This document shows positions 47,200-56,095 of a stretch of 64,000 nucleotides of DNA, in pieces. Location: assembly GCA_964523545.1 (NCBI GenBank), contig CAZFZM010000007.1, positions 33,777 through 97,776 of the forward strand, written 5' to 3'. Position numbers and translations under genes: made by a program. Numbering within the stretch: the first letter of the stretch is position 1; each line of letters starts with the position of its first letter. The notes under the pieces are model-generated. The model was not told the origin of the DNA, ran no database searches, and saw nothing but the letters and a program-made list of their open reading frames with translations. The stretch is from an uncultured Thermotogae bacterium. GTDB taxonomy: Bacteria > Bipolaricaulota > Bipolaricaulia > UBA7950 > UBA9294.

Positions 47200-47340
47200 G
47201 CCGGAGAGGGTAGCCGATCCCTCGCGCCCGCCCAACCGGCCGGGATCACCGGGCGTCGGCACGATCCGACACGGTTCCCGACAGTTGGGCCTTCCGTCGT
47301 TTTTCACGGAAACCCTATTCAGAACTTCGCTTCCTGAAGA

Positions 47341-47370
47341 TTGACATCCGCGCGCGGCAAACCATATAAT
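47341..47370 (+). promoter_or_regulatory. Perfect consensus sigma70 promoter TTGACA-N18-TATAAT upstream of the Na/Pi symporter
   Basis: ttgaca (47341-47346), an 18-nt spacer, then tataat (47365-47370), lying 32 nt before ATG 47402. Degenerate TTC/TTG hexamer direct repeats sit immediately upstream at roughly 10-13-bp spacing. Confidence 0.5.
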
Positions 47371-47401
47371 CCCATCCATCTATACACTCCGGGCGGTCGC
47401 T

Positions 47402-49006
47402 ATGGATGCGGTGGGGGTTCTGTTTAGCACGGTCGGCGGGCTCGCCCTCTTCCTGTACGGCCTCCGCGTCCTGAGCGACGCCCTCAAGCGGGCGATCGGC
47501 GATCGGATGCGCTCCCTCCTTGAGCGGCTGACCGGGAAGGCGTATCGCGGTGCGATCGTCGGGGCGCTGACGTGCGGCACCCTGCAATCGAGCAGCATGA
47601 CGATGGTCCTGCTGATCGGCCTGATCAACGCCGGGGCGCTCACCCTGGCCCAGGGGATCGGGGTGATGCTCGGCTCGGAGATCGGCACGACCGTGACCGC
47701 GCAGATCATCGCGTTCAAGATCGGCCACTACTATCTGCCGATCATCGCGTTCGGATTCCTCCTCGCCGAGATCTTCCGCGGCAAGCGGGCCGGCGACGTC
47801 GGGCGGATCGTCCTCGGCTTCGGTCTCCTCTTCCTCGGGATGAGCGTCGTCTCCGGCGGGCTGAAGGGGCTGGCGCAGACCGAGGGCGTGCTTCGGCTGC
47901 TCCAGAGCTGTGCCGATCGTCCACTCCTCGGTGTCCTCGTCGGTGCCGGCGTCACCGCCGTCATCCAGAGTTCGTCGGCGATGACTGCGCTCGTCATCGG
48001 AATGGGGAGCGCCGGACTCCTGTCGCTGCCGGCAGCGATCGCCCTCATCCTCGGCGCGAACATCGGGACGACGATCACCGCGCAGATCGCGTCGATCGGC
48101 TCGTCCCTGTCGTCGCGGCGGCTGGCCGTGGCCCAGCTGTTCGTCAACGTCCTCGGCGTTGCCGCGTTCGTTCCGATCGTCGGTTGGTACGCGGGGCTCG
48201 TCGCGCTGACGTCGTCGTCCCTCACGCGGCAGATCGCCAACGCGCACACCTTCTTCAACGTCCTCGTCACGCTCGCTCTCATTCCCTGCGTCGGCGGATT
48301 GGTCTGGATCGTCACCCGCCTCGTCCCCGGGAAGGAGCGCGGTGAGCCCGTCGAGCCCCAGTATCTGGGCGATCAATTCCTCCGCCTGCCCCAGGTCGCC
48401 CTACAGCAAGCGCGCCGCGAGCTGATGCGGATGGGGAGAATGACCGTCGAGATGCTGTCTGCCTCGCGTGGCGCGCTCTTCGAGCAGGGCGCCCTCGAAG
48501 CGTCCTCCGTGTTCGAGACCGAAGACGCCATCGACACGCTGCAGGACGCCGTCGACGAGTACCTCGATCGCATCGACGGAAGCTCCCTGTCGGTCGAGGA
48601 CGAGCGGCGGCTTCACGTCTTCCGCCACGTCGTCGGCGACATCGAGCGGATCGGCGACCACGCCGTCAACATCGCCCAGCGGGCCGGCCGCGCCCGGCGG
48701 AACGGCCACCCGTTCTCGAAGCTCGCCGTCGACGAGCTGGGGCACATGTTCGATCGAGCGACCGAGCTGTATCGCCTGTCGCTCCGCGCCCTCCAGGGGG
48801 AGGATCAGGATGCCGCTCACCAAGCGCTCGAAGTCGAGAAGGACGTCGATCGGCTCGAGACCCAGTACAAGGCGACCCACGTCCGCCGGCTCGAAGACGG
48901 GACGTGCGACCCCCAAGCCGGGATCCTGTTCGTCGAGATCCTCCACAACCTCGAACGCATCGGCGATCACGCCGTCAACATCGCCGGGGACGTGCTGCTG
49001 ATCTAG
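47402..49006 (+). CDS. Na+/phosphate symporter with C-terminal PhoU-like repeats
   Basis: Duplicated Na/Pi-cotransporter II-related membrane domain (QSSSMT / QSSSAMT) plus two PhoU-like helical repeats. Preceded by a consensus promoter. Confidence 0.85.
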   Translation: MDAVGVLFSTVGGLALFLYGLRVLSDALKRAIGDRMRSLLERLTGKAYRGAIVGALTCGTLQSSSMTMVLLIGLINAGALTLAQGIGVMLGSEIGTTVTAQIIAFKIGHYYLPIIAFGFLLAEIFRGKRAGDVGRIVLGFGLLFLGMSVVSGGLKGLAQTEGVLRLLQSCADRPLLGVLVGAGVTAVIQSSSAMTALVIGMGSAGLLSLPAAIALILGANIGTTITAQIASIGSSLSSRRLAVAQLFVNVLGVAAFVPIVGWYAGLVALTSSSLTRQIANAHTFFNVLVTLALIPCVGGLVWIVTRLVPGKERGEPVEPQYLGDQFLRLPQVALQQARRELMRMGRMTVEMLSASRGALFEQGALEASSVFETEDAIDTLQDAVDEYLDRIDGSSLSVEDERRLHVFRHVVGDIERIGDHAVNIAQRAGRARRNGHPFSKLAVDELGHMFDRATELYRLSLRALQGEDQDAAHQALEVEKDVDRLETQYKATHVRRLEDGTCDPQAGILFVEILHNLERIGDHAVNIAGDVLLI

Positions 49007-49216
49007 GTAGCCCATTGCTAGCAAGTTGCTGTTACAGTCGTAGGCTTCGCGTTAGCCTTGCCGCCATGTCTCCCCGCCAACTCGGCAGACGGCAACCGAA
49101 ACAGCATCGTCCTCAACCGCCCCGGTCTTTCCTTAGTACCGTGAAAGGAACGTGGGTGGACGCTCCCTCTTCTGGGAGACAAGTGCAAGGGTTCACAGAT
49201 CTCCAGCACAACCATC

Positions 49217-49930
49217 TCATAAGCCAAGATAGAGCGCACCAACCTGCGGATCCCGGAGCAAGTCACGTGAGGAACCTTGAAGACAGATTCGGCCGATCTG
49301 GAATACGTAGGTCCGATCCGAGTTCAGCAACGCCATCCGGGCGTTTTGCTCTACAAGGAGGACGCTAGTGCTATCATCTGGAATCGCCGCGATTTTTCCG
49401 AAAACAACCTCTACGTAATTCGGTGACAGAGCGAACGACGGCTCATCAAGCAATAAGAGAACCGGACGGAGCATCAGGGCTCTGCCCATTGAGAGAAGCT
49501 GTTGCTCGCCTCCGCTGAGTGTCGATGCACGTCGATGTTGCAGCCGGCGCAGGAGCGGGAACATGGATAGTACATCCGCAAGCCTTTCGTCAATAAGCCT
49601 TCCCCGCCTCAGGGTGTAGGCCCCGAGCAAGAGGTTCTCAAGCACTGACATGGATCCAAAGACATGCCTCTCCTCAGGCGCAAGAACTAGTCCCTTTCTG
49701 ACCAGTTTGTACGGAGGCAGTCCTGTGATCCTCTCGCCAGAGAGCGTGACTGCTCCCTCATTGCATGATACAAAGCCGCTGATGGCCTTCAATGTAGTGG
49801 ACTTGCCTGCTCCGTTTGGGCCGATCAGACTTACAACCTCACCTGCACCTACAACAAGGTCCAGGTCTTCAATAGCTCGTTCGTCTCCGTATCGGACGGA
49901 TAGCCCCTCTACTTCGAGCAAACTTCCCAT
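49217..49930 (-). CDS. livF: Branched-chain amino acid ABC transporter ATP-binding protein (LivF-type)
   Basis: Walker A GPNGAGKST, LSGGEQQLL, Walker B LLLDEPS. GGAGGGAG RBS. Roughly 53% GC. Confidence 0.85.
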   Translation of the reverse strand: MGSLLEVEGLSVRYGDERAIEDLDLVVGAGEVVSLIGPNGAGKSTTLKAISGFVSCNEGAVTLSGERITGLPPYKLVRKGLVLAPEERHVFGSMSVLENLLLGAYTLRRGRLIDERLADVLSMFPLLRRLQHRRASTLSGGEQQLLSMGRALMLRPVLLLLDEPSFALSPNYVEVVFGKIAAIPDDSTSVLLVEQNARMALLNSDRTYVFQIGRICLQGSSRDLLRDPQVGALYLGL

Positions 49931-50182
49931 GTCACTCCCTCCGAAACACCGACTTCCGGCACACAAGCCAGGGAACCCTTGCGTCATCGAATTCTACGGA
50001 TCCAAGCCGTCCAGTTGAAGCATGAAGCTACAGGACGTGGGGACCATGCCCGCTGTGAGACAGACACAGGGCCTTAGCACAGGTCGCTCTGGTCCTTTGT
50101 AGGCAAGACGGCGATCGACGACAATGGGAGTTGGTATGTGGATGCGTATACGGCCAAACAAGTCGATCGCTGAGGGACGAAC

Positions 50183-50866
50183 ATGAAAGCCAACAGGAAC
50201 GGCCCTTTTGCGCGCTTCTGGACAGAGGATTACTTCACGAAGTGGGCGAATGATCCAGGAGACGATACGATTCAGGAATGGCTGCACGGCGAGGAAAGCC
50301 TACTGGATGTTGAGATCCGCAAGTTGGGTCGGCCAGCCCTCCTAGACATAGGATGCGGTTATGGGCGGCACATCTCTCGGATTCGTCTTCTCTGCAGTTC
50401 GATTGTTGGCATTGACAACAACCGGGCTGTGCTTGACAGAGCCATTGCCACCAAGGAGAAAGATAACTGGGAGAATGTCCAGTTCCTACTCCGGGACGCT
50501 CGAAAAACCAGGCTCTCGGCCGATGAGTTTGACATGACGATATGCATGACGAACACGCTGGGGAACATCCCGAAGCGCAAGGTTGAAGCTCTGAAGGAGA
50601 TGAAGCGGGTCACCCGCCCTGGAGGTGTGATCCTCCTCAGCGTGTACTCTGAGAGAGCGCTTGAAGCGCGTCATGCGTCATATGCGCATGTGAAGCTGCA
50701 CATCAAGAGCGTGACTCACAGTGGTACAATTCTCACAACAGAAGGCCTTAGGTCAGAGCAATTCACTCGAGACCGACTAGCAAGGCTTCTGACAGCCGCA
50801 GAGATAGGTGACGCTGAGATTCGAGTGCTCTCGTCGATCTCCTATGCTGTTGTAGCACGAGTCTAG
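50183..50866 (+). CDS. Class I SAM-dependent methyltransferase
   Basis: Motif I LLDIGCGYGRH, motif post-I VGIDNN, PGG motif III. GAGGGA RBS. Encoded on the strand opposite the surrounding liv genes; its 3' end overlaps the livG 3' end by 4 nt. Confidence 0.75.
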   Translation: MKANRNGPFARFWTEDYFTKWANDPGDDTIQEWLHGEESLLDVEIRKLGRPALLDIGCGYGRHISRIRLLCSSIVGIDNNRAVLDRAIATKEKDNWENVQFLLRDARKTRLSADEFDMTICMTNTLGNIPKRKVEALKEMKRVTRPGGVILLSVYSERALEARHASYAHVKLHIKSVTHSGTILTTEGLRSEQFTRDRLARLLTAAEIGDAEIRVLSSISYAVVARV

Positions 50867-51651
50867 TTGCTTTCGGTGTGTAAAACGGCCCCGCTGGAGA
50901 GTCCAAGGTACGCCTCAACTACGTTTTGCTGCAACATTACTTCATTCGGGCGCCCATCGGCAATCATGCGCCCGTAGTTCAGAACAATCACGCGGTCAGA
51001 GACCTGGTGGATCATCCTCAGATCATGCTCGATGAAGAGGACTGTCTTCCCAGCCTCAGCTAGAGCGCGAACTACCTTGTTGATCTTCTCGCGTGTCTCG
51101 GGAAACACGCCGGCAGCCGGCTCATCAAGCAGCATGAGCGAAGCATCCGAGGAAATCGCTCGGGCTAGTTCTAGGAGCTTCCGCTGTCCATGCGACAATG
51201 TTCCGCCAAGCGCAGTCTGCTTGCCGATGAGACCTACCGTGCGAAGTGACCGAACCGCTTTTTCTTCAGCGTGATCTTCCGCATGTTTCACTCTGCGTCG
51301 GCAGAAGACCGCGGGCAAGATCCCCTCCTCAGCGTGTATGTACTGGTGTGCCAGCATCACGTTTTCTAGCACGCTCATCTCACGCATGATCCGTATCCTC
51401 TGGAACGTCCGCGCTACTCCAAGACGCGCTATGCGGTACGTGGACATCTGGCGCAATGAACAGCCATCGAGAAAGATCTCACCCCCTGACGACGATACTA
51501 CCGAGGTGATGAGATTGAACACGGTTGTCTTCCCCGATCCGTTTGGGCCAACCAGCGCAGTAACAGTTCCCTGCCTGACACAGAATGATAGATCGTCTAC
51601 TGCAACGACACCGTCAAACTCTTTACGAAGAGCCTCTACTCGAAGTATCAC
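50863..51651 (-). CDS. livG: Branched-chain amino acid ABC transporter ATP-binding protein (LivG-type)
   Basis: Walker A GPNGSGKTT, LSHGQRKLLE, Walker B LMLLDEPAAG. GTG start. Confidence 0.85.
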   Translation of the reverse strand: MILRVEALRKEFDGVVAVDDLSFCVRQGTVTALVGPNGSGKTTVFNLITSVVSSSGGEIFLDGCSLRQMSTYRIARLGVARTFQRIRIMREMSVLENVMLAHQYIHAEEGILPAVFCRRRVKHAEDHAEEKAVRSLRTVGLIGKQTALGGTLSHGQRKLLELARAISSDASLMLLDEPAAGVFPETREKINKVVRALAEAGKTVLFIEHDLRMIHQVSDRVIVLNYGRMIADGRPNEVMLQQNVVEAYLGLSSGAVLHTESN

Positions 51652-51660
51652 TGCTCGATC

Positions 51661-52530
51661 CTACCTCAGTTTGTGGGTACCCAGAAGCCCCTGAGGCCTC
51701 CACAGCATCAGAGTAATTAGGATTAGGCCGTATAGAATCTGCCTGGCATAGGGCGCGCTACCTGTAGGCAGTCCTACGAAGCGAAGCAGTTCCGGCACTA
51801 GTGTTAGAAGAAGTGCCCCCACCAGGGGGCCCCAGAAGCTCCCCAATCCGCCGAGTATGACCATGAGGAGAACGAGGATTGTTTCCGTAATCGAAAAGGA
51901 GTCAGGGGAGACAAACCTCACGTAATGAGCATTCAGGCTACCTGCGATGCCTGCGATGCCTGCGCCCACGCCGAATATCTTCACCTTGGCACCATAAGTG
52001 TCCTTGCCACACGTCATTGCCGCCGTCTCATCCTCTCGAATCGCTCGCAACACACGCCCAAGCGGGCTTCGCATGATGCACGCAGTCACAGCCAGAACTG
52101 CTGCCAAACACAGAACTGGGACAGGCAGAAACTCAAGCGGCGAGATCAAGTCGTGATTGGCAACAGACAATGAGGGGATGCCCGGAAGACCCAGCGGGCC
52201 ACGAGTCACTGATACCCAGTTTCGAGCCACGCAAGCTGCCAGGAGACCCAGCGCGAAGGTCGCGAGCGCCAAGTAGTCACCCCGAAGGCGAAGTGCAACT
52301 GCACCAACCAGTATGCCTATACTTCCTGCAATGAGAATGCCAAGTGCAAGACCGAGCCACGGAGACAGTCCTACGTAGTTTGATAGGAGAGCAGTAGTGT
52401 AGGCCGCGACTCCAGCGAAAGCAGCGTGCCCAAAGCTTGCCAGCCCGGTGACTCCGACAACGAGATTGAGGCCTATGGCGACAATCCCATACGTAATGGA
52501 GTTCACAAGAATATGAAGAATGTAGTTCAC
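51661..52530 (-). CDS. livM: Branched-chain amino acid ABC transporter permease (LivM-type)
   Basis: 8-10 TM permease of the LivHM family. GTGA overlap with the livH stop. Confidence 0.8.
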   Translation of the reverse strand: MNYILHILVNSITYGIVAIGLNLVVGVTGLASFGHAAFAGVAAYTTALLSNYVGLSPWLGLALGILIAGSIGILVGAVALRLRGDYLALATFALGLLAACVARNWVSVTRGPLGLPGIPSLSVANHDLISPLEFLPVPVLCLAAVLAVTACIMRSPLGRVLRAIREDETAAMTCGKDTYGAKVKIFGVGAGIAGIAGSLNAHYVRFVSPDSFSITETILVLLMVILGGLGSFWGPLVGALLLTLVPELLRFVGLPTGSAPYARQILYGLILITLMLWRPQGLLGTHKLR

Positions 52531-53405
52531 AACTGCTCCCTGGAAGTACCAAGAATCCCTTGGGGGCGTAAGAGCAGGAACAGAATCAGGATTCCAAATG
52601 CGATGGCATCTTTCCAGCCAGAAGAGATGGATATGACGCCAACGTTCTCGGCAAGTCCAACAAGCAAAGCTCCAAGGATCGCCCCCATTGTGTTCCCCAC
52701 GCCACCAACAACAGATGCAACAATCCCCTTGAGCATTAGCGGCATTCCCATAGTGGGCTCCAGACGTGTCTCAAGAGCAATGAGAGCCCCTCCAATTCCA
52801 GCGAGGAAAGACCCCAAACCAAAGGAGAGTCGGATCATCGCCTCAGGATCTATACCGACAGCCCTGGCGCCTGTTTCATCATCCGAAGCCGCGCGTACTG
52901 CCCATCCAACCCGTGACTTCAACAAGAAGACACGAACAGCCAGCGTGGCCATCACTGCCACGCCGAGTATGGCTAGTTGGCTAATCGTTATCGTGCCGAA
53001 TCCCAGGCTGATACCAGCGGCTGCTGGTTGACTTCTCAACAGCAGAGGGCGACTGCCGAATGCCAACGCAAGGGCATTCTGAAACACAATAAGTGTGCCA
53101 AAGGATGCCAGTAGAAACGCAAGAGGAGGACTCCGCCTGCTCCTCAGTGGGCGGTAGACGACGAAGTCAATGGCAATTCCAACAGCCGATGCTCCCAAGC
53201 CACCCAGCAGCAGAGACGCTGCAAGTCCCCAACCCGCCATGTGCATCGCCGCATAGGCCACATAGGCCCCGCACGCAATTGCTGCCCCATGGGCGAAGTT
53301 GAAGAACTTGACAACCCGATATGTAAGTGAGAATCCAACTGCCACCAAAGCGTAGATCCCCGCAGCTACAAGACCATTGACAACCAGTTGGCCAAGAAGG
53401 CGCAT
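52527..53405 (-). CDS. livH: Branched-chain amino acid ABC transporter permease (LivH-type)
   Basis: MRLLGQLVVNGLVAAGIYALVAVGFSL is a typical LivH N-terminus. The start is about 1 nt uncertain. Overlaps the upstream hypothetical by about 8 nt. Confidence 0.8.
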   Translation of the reverse strand: MRLLGQLVVNGLVAAGIYALVAVGFSLTYRVVKFFNFAHGAAIACGAYVAYAAMHMAGWGLAASLLLGGLGASAVGIAIDFVVYRPLRSRRSPPLAFLLASFGTLIVFQNALALAFGSRPLLLRSQPAAAGISLGFGTITISQLAILGVAVMATLAVRVFLLKSRVGWAVRAASDDETGARAVGIDPEAMIRLSFGLGSFLAGIGGALIALETRLEPTMGMPLMLKGIVASVVGGVGNTMGAILGALLVGLAENVGVISISSGWKDAIAFGILILFLLLRPQGILGTSREQL

Positions 53406-53412
53406 CTTTGGG

Positions 53413-54450
53413 CTAGGTGCGGTGCGCCGCCACACCACCAACCGGTTCGCGAAGCCCAAGAAACTCGGCACCTTGACCCAGAGACGAGTCGTTGGGCCAC
53501 CGGCACTCCCTAGCAGCACGACATAGAAGAGCAAGGGATGCCTTTGATTCATCCCAGATGGTCTCATTGCCAATCCGCGGTCTTGCCTCTATGTCGGTCC
53601 TACCTTCGGAATGAACGTACCACCAGACAGCCCTCTTGTCATGCTCTAACGCCACACCTTCAGTCTCCGCCCCCAAGTCGACCATCAGGAAGTCCGGACA
53701 GGGATTGTCCTCAGCACAACCAGTCCTAATCGCAAAGGTACGGAGCCGGTGGTTCTCCTGATCCGTTGCGTGTCTGTTCATCCACTTCACTAGGTCTTCG
53801 AGCACAAGGGGTATGCAATGAACTCTGAAATACCTGTGTAGCTCGATGAGTTTCTCAAAGAACCTGCCTCGAGCCCTGTACGCAGTAGATGGGTAGACGA
53901 GAATCCGAAGGCTGAAGAACCCTTGAGGTGCGCCCCCCTGCGCCAGTGACTCCAGTAGCGCAGCCTCCTCAGCGCGATACTCAGCTCCGTTCTGGTTTCC
54001 TATGCTCATTCCATGTCCTGCTTCGATTCCGGAGCAGCTTCTCCGACAGAATTCAACTACTGTCTTGACTCCTTGTACCATGAGGTAGTAGGTAAACGTC
54101 GGACTCTCCCAGAGTGCGAGCGGCTTGCTTGAGACGGCGCATAGACTGCGCCTGGCAGCCTTCATAGCATCGGTGAGGCCCTTTGCCTCGTTGAGGTCTG
54201 GAACTGGGGTTTCTCCAACGGGTCTCGAGAAGAGCACACGGATGAGCAGCTGCAGGATCGCAACCAAGAACAGAATCAGAATGTTGGCCAAGTAGTAAAA
54301 CCCGCTCGATACAAGAGTGCGGTCGTAGATGTACAACAACACAGCTGCCGCAAAAGCTGCGAACAGGCCAAGAGCCAGACTGCCAAGAATCTGTCGTACG
54401 CCGAGCAGTACTACGACGTCATCACGCATTCGCGGTCGAAGGAACCGCAT
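53413..54450 (-). CDS. Hypothetical membrane-anchored protein inserted within the liv operon
   Basis: AAGGAGG RBS 5 nt before the ATG. Two N-terminal TM helices followed by a soluble domain of about 250 aa, Cys-rich and matching no known family. Lies between the SBP and livH genes. Confidence 0.5.
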   Translation of the reverse strand: MRFLRPRMRDDVVVLLGVRQILGSLALGLFAAFAAAVLLYIYDRTLVSSGFYYLANILILFLVAILQLLIRVLFSRPVGETPVPDLNEAKGLTDAMKAARRSLCAVSSKPLALWESPTFTYYLMVQGVKTVVEFCRRSCSGIEAGHGMSIGNQNGAEYRAEEAALLESLAQGGAPQGFFSLRILVYPSTAYRARGRFFEKLIELHRYFRVHCIPLVLEDLVKWMNRHATDQENHRLRTFAIRTGCAEDNPCPDFLMVDLGAETEGVALEHDKRAVWWYVHSEGRTDIEARPRIGNETIWDESKASLALLCRAARECRWPNDSSLGQGAEFLGLREPVGGVAAHRT

Positions 54451-54477
54451 GGAGACCTCCTTGCTTCCACATGTCAC

Positions 54478-55614
54478 CTACTCGTACAAGAACTCAAACC
54501 TGCCGTTTCTGACTGTCTTGAGCATTAGAGGTTTGACGGTATCGCCGTTCTCGTCGATCGTGATCACACCCGATGCACCTTCGAACCCGACAACAGAATA
54601 GAGTGCATCCCGGAACTCGTCCGCTGTGCTGGCGCCGTCACAGATAGCCTGACCAACTAGCATCATTGCATCATAGGCTTCAGCACAGAAGAGACCAGGT
54701 TCCGCACCAAACCTCTCGCGAAATGCATCCAGAAACTCATCACGCGGTGCATATCCTCCTGCCGGTTCGTAGTCCCACGTAGTGAATATAACCCCCTCCG
54801 CAGCCTCGCCAGCCTGTTGGAGGATCTCCTGGTCATCGAACATCACCGTGCTAAGGAACTGAGTATGCATTCCTAACTCAACAGCCTGTATCAGTATAGG
54901 AATCATCTCCTTGTATCCGACGAGGAAGACGGCGTCCGGCGCCGCGGCTTTGATCTTGGTCAGCTGTGTCCGGAAATCCGTCGCGTCTTGATCAAACGCT
55001 TCGGCAAGTAAGATTGTCCCTCCAAGAGCACTGAATTCCCTTTCGAATACCTCTCTCAAGCCGACACCGTAGTCATTCACGATGTACAGGATGGCAACAG
55101 TCCGCAGGTTCAGAGCCTCGTATGCCTTCGATGCCATCACAGCACCCTCGTAAACGTCAGAGAGGCAAACCCTGAATATGTAGTCACCAGCATTCGTTAT
55201 CTCTGGTGCAGACGATACTGGTGAAAGGAGTACAACCTGGGAGTCCTCGCACACAGGCGCAACCGCCTGTGTTACGGAGCTACCCATCGCTCCTATGATC
55301 ACTGAAACGCCATTAACGTCGATGAGTTTCCGTGCACCGCTCAGGCCTACCTGAGGTGTCAGCTGAGTGTCTTCGTACACTACGTGAATTCGTGTTCGGC
55401 AGAACCCAGCAGTCTTGTCAAGTGCGAGCTCAATCCCCTGCTGTGCATTCTGCCCGTACATCGCACCGGATCCAGTAAGTGGCAGAAGAGCCCCAATCGT
55501 AAACTCATCACTCATGGACTCTCCGCCCCATGGCGGAAAGAGCCCCAGCCAAATAGCGATCCCAGCAGCGATTGCCACCGTCACGCCGATGCAGACACCG
55601 CGCTTGCTTTTCAC
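54478..55614 (-). CDS. Branched-chain amino acid ABC transporter substrate-binding protein (LivK/Peripla_BP_6-like)
   Basis: N-terminal signal/anchor followed by TIGALLPLTGSGAMYGQNAQQGIELA, typical of LivK/LivJ. GTG start preceded by GGAGGGAGGTG. Confidence 0.8.
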   Translation of the reverse strand: MKSKRGVCIGVTVAIAAGIAIWLGLFPPWGGESMSDEFTIGALLPLTGSGAMYGQNAQQGIELALDKTAGFCRTRIHVVYEDTQLTPQVGLSGARKLIDVNGVSVIIGAMGSSVTQAVAPVCEDSQVVLLSPVSSAPEITNAGDYIFRVCLSDVYEGAVMASKAYEALNLRTVAILYIVNDYGVGLREVFEREFSALGGTILLAEAFDQDATDFRTQLTKIKAAAPDAVFLVGYKEMIPILIQAVELGMHTQFLSTVMFDDQEILQQAGEAAEGVIFTTWDYEPAGGYAPRDEFLDAFRERFGAEPGLFCAEAYDAMMLVGQAICDGASTADEFRDALYSVVGFEGASGVITIDENGDTVKPLMLKTVRNGRFEFLYE

Positions 55615-55646
55615 CTCGCACCTCCCTCCAACCCATGACCTCCCCT

Positions 55647-55707
55647 TCTACGCTAGCAGGTCATGAGAAATAATCTCTCTGCTGTAGCTACCCGAAGCTA
55701 GCGTAGA
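55647..55707. promoter_or_regulatory. 11-bp perfect inverted repeat TCTACGCTAGC...GCTAGCGTAGA (39-nt spacer) between the IclR gene and the liv-type operon
   Basis: Arms at 55647-55657 and 55697-55707, about 35-90 nt upstream of the SBP start codon (55614) on the minus strand. The inner loop contains a GTAGCTAC palindrome. Confidence 0.4.
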
Positions 55708-56095
55708 CCCTTTTCGCGCCCCTGCTTCATGATGGTTTCTTGTGACATCCACTGTACTTCCATGACGAAGAAAGGTCAACACCTGAGATACTCAGTTGAA
55801 AGCGGACTCGATAAGGAAGGGGCAGAGATCACCGGAGACTCGGTCCCTTCGGTGCGTGAACGCCGGGGCAGCTTCAAGAAGGCGACTAAACCGATCTAGC
55901 GCTCTCGCTCGGATGGACTCTCCTGCATAGCTTCACCACTCAACTCCCACTGTGCAGCCAAGGAGCCAGTCGTTCGAAGGGACGAGGGACAGGATCAGTA
56001 TTCGTCCTTCAGGCCTGCGATTGGCGGCAATTCGAGCATTGCATGAGCGCCGTGAACTGGCCCCCGAACTGGAAGCCGTGAGCTGTCTCGGCTTC

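Noticed and set aside
49007-49216. tRNA gene or integrase signature at the left edge of the low-GC island.
   Set aside because: No cloverleaf-compatible sequence (no GTTCRANYC T-loop with a matching stem) and no integrase or transposase ORF. The island has no recognisable mobility genes.
49016-55660. 9-bp GCTAGCA(A/G)G present near both island edges (about 49016 and 55651), considered as att-like direct repeats.
   Set aside because: Too short, imperfect, and GCTAGC is itself a palindrome that also forms the core of the 11-bp inverted repeat. Most likely coincidental.
55615-56095. T-box or other riboswitch in the 481-nt leader of the liv-type operon.
   Set aside because: No GGGTGG-ACCGCG T-box core or specifier/antiterminator arrangement on the coding (minus) strand. 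Only the inverted repeat stands out.
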